DNA of 64,000 nucleotides from Eledone cirrhosa. Its lineage: Eukaryota. The stretch spans positions 294,624,001-294,688,000 of the forward strand of contig OZ024741.1 of assembly GCA_964016885.1 (NCBI GenBank), given 5' to 3'. A program made the translations under genes and the position numbers. Positions 14,851-25,103 of this stretch are shown in pieces. Below the pieces are notes generated by a model. That model saw nothing but the letters and a program-made list of their open reading frames with translations. It searched no databases and had not been told where the DNA came from. How positions within the stretch are numbered: position 1 is the stretch's first letter; each line of letters opens with the position of its first letter.

Positions 14851-15856
14851 TCAAGGTAAACGAATCTAAGACCCAGCACACGAAATACAATTACTAGGCT
14901 ACAAAAATACAACGTTTAACACAATCATATCAAACTCACTCTAACATTATATCATAGCCATACTAACAAACTAAACAGCGAATATATAATGTGTGTTTGA
15001 TAATTTATGGTATCTACTCCGGAACGATGTAAGTTAAGGTTGACCTAGCAAGATTTGAATCTAGAACGCAGACGTACAAAACAAGTTCAAATCCTGCACG
15101 GAAATTACAAAACCAATTATAAAATCGATCGTTTCATGTGTATTAAATACCAGGGAGAAGTGGTGTAGGTAGATAGGTTTGTGAGTGAAACTGTTAGAAG
15201 TGCAATAACGATCAATGCTGCAAGACTGACAGAATGGGGGCGAGGTGTGATAGGGAAGTGAAGAGAATGGCTTTTTTGTTGTTGTTGTTTTAGATTTTAC
15301 ATGTTGAAAATTATGACATGCTTATATTTAGTTCATGAATCTAGATTTGTTTAAATGTTATAGTCTTTACTCTTCATATTGGTGATGGTGGTAGTTTCTC
15401 TCTCTCTCTCTCTCTTAACTTTGAATAAAACAAATGTCACTCAGGTCATGCATAAGAATTTATTTTTCCATAATGGAACAAGGCCACACATTTGTGCAGA
15501 AGTAATATACTTAGTTGATTTGAATCAGTTCATATCTGTTTTTGTCTATTTCTGAGCTTATGAAGGTGAAAGGTGGTGTCAGTGTAATTTTTAACTGAAA
15601 AGCACTTTATCCGAAAACCTAATATTTCTGTTAACTTAAGGAAATAAATAATTAGAATACGTTTTTTTTGGCATATATTTGTTACAATGATAATATTTTG
15701 TTTATTGTCGATTTCTAAATGAATGCAGTGTCACCTGAACATATTTCATCAATCTTGAAAGGATGATAACAATAAAATGGATCCAAATGGGATTTTTAAC
15801 TCTTAAGGAAGAGGGATGAAACAAGATAGCGTTAGTTTAACATTGTTTCCTACCAC

Positions 15857-16345
15857 CAGAGGCGTAATTAGGGAAAATAACGCCTATGGCAAGCAGTGAA
15901 ATTGTGCCCCTGCCCAAACATCTGACACCTATCATTCAGATAACTTTAAAATCAACCCAAAAACACTAATTGCGTTCTACAGGTATCCTTTACGCCTAAG
16001 TATACATGAAGTATTTGAAAAAAGTGTTAGTGTATTTAGAGGGAGCGATCTTTGACAAATATTAGACCCCATTGAAATATATGACAAATTATACTACGAA
16101 GTATGCCGATATGACCATGTAGTTCCCAGCATTGTGATTTTACTTATAGACCTAACAATTGATATAAATGATTAAATGATTCAACCACCATAGTGCTTCT
16201 CGCCTATGATAATCAAAGACAGTTCCATACATCTTAAGAAGTTTCTTTTTTCACTCTCTGACGATAATTTATCTGATCTAATAGAATGTACGCCTAGTCA
16301 AGTGACGCCCATGACACGTGTCATGCTTGGCATACCCAAGTTAAA
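15857..16345. mobile_element. Degraded non-autonomous DNA transposon
   Basis: cagaggcgtaattaggg...acgcctatggca at left; degenerate inverted counterpart (acgcccatgaca...cccaagtta) at right. Confidence 0.35.
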
Positions 16346-16717
16346 CTTTTGCGTAACATCACGTGTGAACTAATGCAGAGTAATTGGAGGTTTTCTATTA
16401 TAGTGATTTATTGAAACGCAAGATCTCGTCCAATTTCACCAGGTTGACTTGAACCTCTAGAAACCTGTCATATATATTTTTTTTCTGCTGCAGTGGGGTG
16501 AATAATTGAAGTGTCACTGGGACCCCGAAAGCCTAGGGGCCGGGTCCTGTTTATATACAGGTTATGGTTCTCTTGTTGGTCTGTATGAGAACATGCGATA
16601 GGAATCCGGTAAATTAGACGAGTTATTTTCATTTTATTCAAATGAGACTTTTGCCAATGATATCCATAAAACGAAACTGTAAAAGCTGAAACTGATTTTT
16701 GTATATGCACTGCGAAT

Positions 16718-16781
<64 letters not shown>

Positions 16782-17081
16782 GAAAGGTATAGAAATTGTT
16801 TTAGCGATAAGCTAACAGTATTCCATAACATATATGCGACTATATATATATAAACGTACGTAGGTGATATTTTAGATAAACATGTTTTAACGGTCTATTC
16901 TCCGATTTTTTACTTTCCCACGTGCTTACGCTCTGCTAACTCTCTAGCCCACTAAATATTAACACTTCGAATATTTAATACTGCCGGCACTAGTATCGAG
17001 CACCTTTGGCATACGCTACTTGGCAAATAACTATATGTATCACCTATCCCTCCTTTTTCTCTCTTTCTCGATACGTAAATA

Positions 17082-17136
<55 letters not shown>

Positions 17137-17164
17137 ATCAAAAGATGGTGAAAAGTGTTCCAAG

Positions 17165-17235
17165 TATTTTATTATGCGCATTTCAAAAACAAATATCATC
17201 ATGGGATGATATCTGCGTTCTCATCAGATAAAATA
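17165..17235 (-). ncRNA. Type I hammerhead ribozyme (family A)
   Basis: Minus strand: tattttat-CTGATGA-gaacgcagatatcatcccatgatgatatttgttttt-GAAA-tgcgca-TA-ataaaata; helices I, II and III pair. Confidence 0.85.
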
Positions 17236-17331
17236 GGGAGACATGATATGAAGCTTAAAAAACACTTGTGAGCAGTTGATTTAAAACTTCACTGCTCACA
17301 AATGTTTTTTAAGCTTCATATCATGTCTCCC

Positions 17332-17400
17332 TATTTTATCTGATGAGAACGCAGATATCATCACATGATGATATTTGTTTTTGAAATGCGCATAATATAC
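17332..17400 (+). ncRNA. Type I hammerhead ribozyme (family A), helix I 3' strand damaged
   Basis: CTGATGA 17340-17346, GAAA 17383-17386, tgcgca-TA; 3' strand atatac has lost aaa. Confidence 0.65.
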
Positions 17401-17760
17401 TTGGAACTCTTTTAACCATCTTTTGATCTTATATTATTTATCGGTGGTTTGGCAGTATTGGTAGAGGGTCGGACGCCATGCTTTGACGCATAGAGTTACG
17501 GCTCTTGCCATTCTGAGTTCAAATCCCACCGAGGTTAACTTTTAACGGGGTCGATAAATAAAGTACCAGTAATGCACTGGGTAATTGCTGGCCTTGTGCC
17601 AAAAAAGTAGAAACAATTATTTATACTCCAGTCCTACAAACTGTAGAGTGCTACTTATCCGATATTTGCATTGCTTTATTGTGCTACAATAAAACTCAGC
17701 TCCTACATATATATATATATATGTATATATATAGTTATGTAATAAACAACATAAAATAAT

Positions 17761-17828
17761 TATTTCATTTACCAGTGGTTTCTTGAAGACAGATACTTAT
17801 GTCTGTCTTCATTCATCAGAAAAAATAT
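17761..17828 (-). ncRNA. Type I hammerhead ribozyme (family B)
   Basis: Minus strand: tatttttt-CTGATGA-a-tgaagacaga-cataagta-tctgtcttca-a-GAAA-ccactgg-TA-aatgaaata; 10-bp helix II, GUA cleavage triplet. Confidence 0.78.
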
Positions 17829-18874
17829 TTATTTATGAAATAGTAATATGGATTTGAAAACAGAGTGCAGGATAAATGAAAGTGAGGCTGAAATAAAATA
17901 ACGGGCAAAAATTGAGGGGAAAAAATTTATAAACAAATATCCAAATACATAAACATACACAAACTCACGCATATACGTAATAGTACGTAAACATATACAT
18001 TCACACATAAGTATGTGCGTCTGCATGGAAATACAAATACACAGATATGCGTATGATCTTTCGCTCACATATGCGCACACACATTTTCGGTCATCGCAGC
18101 CCAGTACGGGCGTGTTTCTATTGTTCTCTTATTTTATCTATCTGCCAGCGTGATTCCAATAGAAATTTTGATTCTGTTGTGCGGGCTAACCTGAAATACG
18201 TTGTATTTCTTGTTTCCGTAAGAAATCACGTGGTTGGAAGGAAATGTGGCGATTACGACGCTATAGGTCTTTTTCTTTTTTTTTTTCAACCTTTCTCCAC
18301 TGTTTTATCTTTCTTAATTCCCCATGTCAAGTTGTATACTCCATCGCTCTCATTCCCTCTTTTCTTCTATCTCTCTATACTTCACCCATCTTTCATGATT
18401 TGCTTTACACCCAAGTCCACTCTCTCTCTCTCTCTCCTCTGAACGTTCCGCCGTTCGTAAAAGGTTATATTCTAACCCGACCTACCTCTTTGCTATTCAT
18501 AATAGCCAGTGGCTTTTTTTACAGCTATTTCCGTGTTTGAGATTCCTACAATTTTATGAACACGCACACCACACCACACCACACCACACACACATATATA
18601 TAATGTGTATGAAATAAACGTTAAGGCAGATGTCACATTATCATATTTATAAATAATATTATGTAAGATGAAAAACTCCGTTAAGTTTGATCGCCAAATT
18701 TATGTTGTATAGATACAACTGACGTGGAGTGCTCATGAGGTTTACACCTGTTTACCAATGAGACATCACAACGTTTACGTATAAACAAAGTTTTTAGCAA
18801 CTTTATATATATAGTTCCTTGTTACTGTGTTTATACGCAGGAATAATCATGATGATATTATGACACCTCGTTTC

Positions 18875-19418
18875 TTGACTTTGCCTTTCATCCTTACGGG
18901 GTCGATAAAATAAAGTACCAGTAATGCACTGGGTAATTGCTGGCCTTGTGCCTAAAGTAGAAACAATTATTACTTGGATTGCGGACTGGCAGTATCGGTA
19001 GAGGGTCGGACGCCATGCTTTCCAGCATAGTTACGTCCCTTTATGATCTGAGTTCAAATCCCGCCGAGGTTAACTTTGCCTTTCATCCTTACGGGGTCGA
19101 TAAAATAAAGTACCAGTAATGCACTGGGATAATTGCTGGCCTTGTGGCTAAAGTAGAAACAATTATTTTTTCCTGGTAATGCACTGGGTAATTGCTGGCC
19201 TTGTGCCTAAAGTAGAAACAATTATTACTTGGATTGGCAGTATCGGTAGAGGGTCGGACGTCATGCTTTGCAGTATAGAGTTACGGCCCTTTAAGGTCTG
19301 AGTTCAAATCCCGCCGAGGTTAACTTTGCCTTTCATCCTTGCGGGGGTCCATAAAATAAAGCATCAGTAATGCACTGCGATAATTGCTGGCCTTGTGCCA
19401 AACGTAGAAAAAATTATT
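18875..19418 (+). mobile_element. Tandem array of family B SINE units (partial-full-partial-full)
   Basis: ctggccttgtg(c/g)c(t/c)aaa(c)gtagaaa recurs four times; full units start ~18988 and ~19235. Confidence 0.8.
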
Positions 19419-19485
19419 ACTATTATATAATATATATATATCAATGATATTAAATAAATGGAAACTATATTTATAAAACCATATT

Positions 19486-19546
19486 TATTCTATTATATAT
19501 ATTTCAAGGGTACCAAAACTTTGGTACGCTCTCATCAGATAAAATA
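19486..19546 (-). ncRNA. Type I hammerhead ribozyme (family C)
   Basis: Minus strand: tattttat-CTGATGA-gagcgtaccaaagttttggtaccctt-GAAA-tatata-TA-atagaata; 8-bp helix I, gtaccaaa/tttggtac helix II. Confidence 0.82.
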
Positions 19547-19643
19547 CAAAGTTTGTTTTATAAATATTGACATATCCAGGAAGAAGATCTTAACGGTTCA
19601 AGTTTTTCCTGTTGAATTACCAACAAATTAAATATCTTTTTTG

Positions 19644-19676
<33 letters not shown>

Positions 19677-21670
19677 TCTTCTCTTCAGAGATTCTTTTCT
19701 TACTATATCAAGCGTTAAACTAATATATTTCCCCATTGTACTGTGTGTTGTTTGCCTTGTTGTTTCTGTTTACTTTTGGCATACATATATATATAGTCTA
19801 ACAAGTTAGGCCCTTAAGACGGAATATACCTTATATCCCCAACTTGTTCAGCTATTCTTCATAGTCAAAAACATGCGTTGAAGGTAATTTCTTTAAAACC
19901 GTGGAAACTAATGTCATCATCACCATTACGCCCGTTTTTTCTACGCTTGCATGGGTCGAACTAAAGATTTTTTTTTTTTAATGATCAGTGAGAAATAATT
20001 TTTTTTCTTGTTTTTTTTCTTTGTGTGCTATTAATTAAACCTACCTCCTAATATAGTGTAAATGATCTTTATCCATAGAAAAGGAAGGGGAAGAAGGGAG
20101 TCCTGGGACTTTAAATCTCCCCACCTACCGACTACAGTGGGAAATATTTATCCTCGTTTTTTTTCCGTGTGCTATGAATTCAACGTAGCTCCTAATATGC
20201 TACCAGGGAACTGAGAGGGGGGAACCCTTGAACCTTCCCCCTCCTGGAGTTTTCTTTCTCTGTGGAGTGTGTGTGAAAAATCTAAGGGTCCTTCTCCTCT
20301 CCCTTGATAGCCAACAAAAAATACCACTAACATACTGTAAACAGTTAGTTACAGTTTTGAACATTTTAAAACGTTTTTTTGTGGTTTTAATTCCGTTCTC
20401 TTTTATATTATGAACTCCATCTTTTTTCAGGGGTTTTGAACTTTCATAAACCAATACTGTGAATGTTCAATATATGCTGCTACTTCGTCTATTATATTAC
20501 CTAAGTAATATAGAACTCCTAATTAGGAAACTTCAAAATCCCTACAAAATGGGAAAACATTACATCCTTGTGTAATGATGACTCTGGTCATGTACAACAA
20601 TGTTTTTGTAAACTTGTACAATCAAAATCTCAATCTCACACAAATTTCACTACATTCAGTTTCTCATGACGCTAAAGAATATGAAACATTTTGTATACCA
20701 GTACATCTTTGGCACGCAAAGGAAGCACTTTTGTGATGGGAGGTTAAAGACGTTACAATAAGTTTTTGACACTCAAAGCTTGTAGTTCAGCTTTATGAGA
20801 TAGAAAGTAGAATTATTAAATATTACTCAAAATCTGGTTTTGTTCCACCAATATTTCCATTTCTTATTTAATCTGATTTACATTAATTTCAAGCGATAAA
20901 CTTTAATTCAATTTTTCTAAGGAAGTTGGGAGGCCAGTTGAACCTGTATAGGTGTGGGTTGCAAATTTCATTTTTTTTTTTTGTTTTCATTTCAAAGAAA
21001 AATTGAAGTACCTTTATTCAATAATATCTTTCGTTGAGTTTTATCTTATCCCGTAACCTAATATCCAGTGTCAACTCTTAAGAACTTCATTTAAATTTAA
21101 TCACGACATCGATAGGTGGAAAATTAGCAGGTATGAATTTCAGCTCTTTGCACTATGAGTTCAAATCCTGCCTTTCGGGGTTAATAAAATAAAATATTAA
21201 ATCCGGGCAGTGGATTGGTTGAATTTGTAGAGCATCAGATGAAATTACTTTTGCATTCTAAATGCAAATCCAGCTGGTGCCTTTAGTGAAAGCTGTACGA
21301 ATTAGATGATAAGTTCCTTTCTCCCCGAAGACAAGTACAGACACTACTCTTCCCTTCCGGAGTAAACAGTAAAAAAATATATAATTATCCATATAAATAT
21401 CAAAATGCATCCGAAGATGATGGAATTCTGTATATACATAAAATTTAGAACATTCAATATTAATTTTCATCTTCACATTGGCCATGAATTAACTAACTGT
21501 ATCTTTTATATGGGGCGAATTGAATGGAAAGCAACACGACTGAACATATTTCAATTATATTGATTCAAAATTTTAAACAATAAAAATCTAGGAGAAAAAT
21601 CAAAATGAAAATTCATTTTAAACTCCTACTCCTGTCTGAGGGGTACATGACAAGCTTCTATAGTATATAT

Positions 21671-21792
21671 ATATTATAAAGAGTCGGGACCCTGACACCT
21701 GAACTCGTTCAACAGCCAGTTCCAGACATGTCTTTAACTGGCTGTTGAAACGACAAGAGCTCAGTTGCTGGGGTCCCGACTCTTTATAATAT
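21671..21792. repeat. ~120-bp fold-back element between TA runs
   Basis: atattataaagagtcgggacc / ggtcccgactctttataatat outer arms; ttcaacagccagtt / aactggctgttgaa inner arms; diverged non-palindromic relative at ~54140-54235. Confidence 0.75.
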
Positions 21793-21797
21793 AACCA

Positions 21798-21839
<42 letters not shown>

Positions 21840-22027
21840 GATAACAAAATATCGTTATAGGTAATCCAGTTAGAGGTGAATACTCCGTATTTTGGATAGT
21901 TTTAGCGTACAGCGTTGTTTGACTCAACAAGTGGTTTCCGTAGGTGGCGAGTTTGTGAGTTCTCTTGAATTCCTATTTAAGTTTATCTTGGAGTAATAAT
22001 ATTGAAAGAGTGAAGAATAACATGGCA

Positions 22028-22143
22028 ACAGTCCTTTCTGATGATCTGGTTAAGCTAACAATGTATTTAAAATTGAGTGGCACAGCTTCAAGTGTTCAGC
22101 AATTTTTAGACAACTTAATCAGTGAAACAATTGTTAATACTGT
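22028..22143 (+). ncRNA. Type I hammerhead ribozyme with extended helix II (family D)
   Basis: acagtccttt-CTGATGA(22038)-t-ctggttaag...aaaattg...caatttt...cttaatcag-t-GAAA(22124)-caattg-TT-aatactgt; lies in a (TA)n-flanked element 21838-22196. Confidence 0.72.
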
Positions 22144-22191
22144 AAATAAAACCCTCTTTTGTACTGTTGACCATGTTATTCTTCACTCTTT

Positions 22192-22230
<39 letters not shown>

Positions 22231-22231
<1 letters not shown>

Positions 22232-22930
22232 TAGCTAAACTACCCGTCCTTTGGACGGTTCAAGTAGCTTTCGATGTAGCTCATTAAACTAAACAAAGTA
22301 AATTTGAATACATAGAAGAAAAACGTACTTTATGTAAACATGAAAACCTTAGGCACTTTCCAGTGTAATAATTAATATGTGAGCTCGGTTTCATCCGCTA
22401 TACCATGTAACAACAGAAATCCAGTCTAGGCATAAATTTTTTGACAACAGTAAAAGCGCATCATGAAATAGAGAAGTGAAGTGAATAATAGACACTATTA
22501 TGTACAAAGCATAATATTGTAAAAGTTATGACATCACTTAATGTATGAACATCAAGCTTGAAACGATAAATTATACAATATCAAATCTATAACTTAACTT
22601 AGTAATCTTTTAGAAATTGCTGTTTGTGAAATATACAAAATGATATTGTTAGTCTCAAGGAAGCGTACCTTTTGTTTCAAGTACAAAGAGTAAATTAAAT
22701 TCCGAATGAGCCGAATTACGAAAGATAACTCTTGTCTTATTTAATCAAGAAAATTGACACAAATAATCGAAACTTTTTTAATGTCTCCAAAGGCCCCAAT
22801 ATCGATTTTTGAAAGCCTTTGTAGATCATGAACTGGTTTTGTGTAAGGAGAAATCGCATGAATGGTTTAGAATATATTAAAAATTGTCCACACACACATA
22901 CAGAAAACTTCGTCTTTATATATATATATA
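22231..22930 (-). mobile_element. Non-autonomous Helitron
   Basis: 3' CTAG at 22231-22234 with subterminal hairpin ccgtcc-ttt-ggacgg; other end resembles the Helitron at 58020 and runs into (TA)n. Confidence 0.65.
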
Positions 22931-22935
22931 TACAA

Positions 22936-22968
<33 letters not shown>

Positions 22969-23193
22969 AGTATATATATATATATATATATATATAGTTC
23001 AAAAGGACAAACAAACAAATGCAGTAGTATTATATAGTTGTATTAGGTTCACGCTTGGTGAGAGTGGGGGAGACATCGACGTTTCGAATATAAATCCTTC
23101 ATCTGGGGAGTAGAGAGGAACTCCGAGAGGGAGTAAGGAGGGAAGTTAAGAACACAAAGAGAAGGGAAGAATAAAAATTTAATAAAAAAAAAA

Positions 23194-23224
<31 letters not shown>

Positions 23225-23748
23225 GGAGGGGGTTATATAGAAAAGGCATCTATAAAACTATATAAACCTATGTCATCAATCTACATATGTACTGAGAACC
23301 TTATTTAATGTGGTTACCCCAGACTCTACTCGGGATCAATATATATGTGTGTGTGTGTAAATAGAGAGAGAGGAAAAAGAGATCATTAACATTTCTTCAG
23401 CCAAAATGTAATATTGTAAACAAAAATATTTCTTTCGTGTGACTTGAACAGTTGTAATACTTATAAGTAGGATTTAGAAAACAAAACGATTTAGTCTGGA
23501 AGAGAGAGAGAGGAGATGGATATAATAAAGCATGTTTAAATAGCTCCAGAATAGACAGAGGCAGGATCTAAAATTAGATCTTCAAGTTTATCGAAGATAT
23601 TTGTAACGATATAATCAGGGAAAGTGAACGAAATAACGAGCTATTTTTGAAGCCTGCCACAAATTAATTCTACTGATCGTCGGCCATCTTGATTTGACTC
23701 AGAGCCAAATGCTGCTCTGATTTTATATCATGTGTGTGTGTGTATGTA

Positions 23749-23779
<31 letters not shown>

Positions 23780-23799
23780 AGAGAGAGAGAGAGAGAGAG

Positions 23800-23879
23800 A
23801 GAGGTCGTCCCCAAAAATGTATACACACTTCAACGGCGTTCTCATCAATGTGTATATATTTTTTGGGGACACCCTGTAT
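23800..23879. mobile_element. Tc1/mariner-type MITE
   Basis: gtccccaaaaatgtatacaca / tgtgtatatatttttggggacaccctgta inverted repeats, with TA at the right end. Confidence 0.6.
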
Positions 23880-23889
23880 ATGTATGAAT

Positions 23890-24984
23890 CATCATCATCA
23901 TCATCATCAGGTTTAGCGTCCGTGTTCCACGCTTGCATGGGTTTGGACGGGGGTTTTCCCACTTGAGGCAAGAGTGGTTGTCTTGCTCGCATAGGACTGT
24001 CTGGCGGGTTTTCTACAGTTGGATGCCCTTCCTAACACCAACCACATTTACAGTGTGGGGCTGGGAGGTTTTTACCGTGTTGCCTACACGGCCACATTAC
24101 AGCGTGGACTGTCTGGCGGGTTTTCTACAGCTGGATGCCCTTCCTAGCACCAACCACATTTACAGTGTGGGGCTGGGAGGTTTTTACCGTGTTGCCTACA
24201 CGGCCACATTTACAGCGTGGACTGTGTGTTTTTTGTCGTGACACCTACACGATCTCATTTGTTTCGGCCTGGATGTTGTGGGACCAACATAACTTTACAT
24301 TGAAAGGGGCGGTGTGGGTGGGGTGGAGGTGGTGGGACGGGGGTGTGTTTTGATAGAGGTGCCTACTGACTGTAGTAGGTTTTTACTTTGTATTTAGGTA
24401 AGGCGGGTCTTCTCTATTACTGAGTACCGCCAAAGGTCTCGGTCCAGTGACATTGTCTTGGAGAGGTGTAAGCGTGTGAGGTCGGAATTTATCAGCTCGT
24501 CCCATGTTTTTCTGGGTCTGCCTACTCCGTGGCTACCGTCTATCTTTATTGCCCTGCACTTTGTTATACAGCTGTCGTCTTTCATGCGCATCACGTGACC
24601 GTACCAACGTAGCCTTCTCTCGAGTAAACAACATCTGATCCCTCTTATTTCTAATTTTTTCCTTAGTTCGTTTATGCTTTGCCGTTCGCGTATATTACTA
24701 TTGCACATCCAGCGGAGCATGCAAGCTTCGTTCGTCTCTAGTCTGCGTATATCCTCTGCACACAATGCCCAGGTCTCACTGCCATGCAGCATTGCTGTTC
24801 GTATGCAGGCATCGTATAACCTGCCTTTCATTTTTAGGGAGAACCCTCTAGCGGCTAATAGTGGTATAAGCTCTCTGAACTTTTTCCATCCAGTTCTGAC
24901 TCTAGCTACTGTACTTTCAGAGCACCCTCCCCCACTGCTGATTTTGTCACCCAGATAACGGAAGCTGTCCACTATTTCTATAGA
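23890..24984 (-). mobile_element. 5'-truncated RTE LINE (C-terminal ORF, 3' UTR with ~113-bp internal duplication, (GAT)n tail)
   Basis: ORF 24394..24984 [12 protein letters not shown]...KTRLT; highly similar to, but diverged from, the 25496 and 52507 copies. Confidence 0.92.
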
Positions 24985-24987
24985 ATA

Positions 24988-25042
<55 letters not shown>

Positions 25043-25103
25043 ATATATATATGTATGTATATATATATGTATGTATATATATATGTGCATGTATATATAT
25101 ATA

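Larger units (their letters stand above)
17133..17707. mobile_element. Solo inverted pseudo-LTR of the Naiad-like PLE, interrupted by a family B SINE (17451-17620)
   Basis: ~140-bp arms 17133-17275 and 17291-17433 are reverse complements; 17622-17707 matches 32103-32189 and 33793-33879; flanked by (TA)n. Confidence 0.85.

Noticed and set aside
23060-23115. Hammerhead-like motif on the minus strand (CAGATGA-aggatttatattc-GAAA-cgtc)
   Set aside because: U4 is mutated and no helix I complementarity was found; at most a decayed relic
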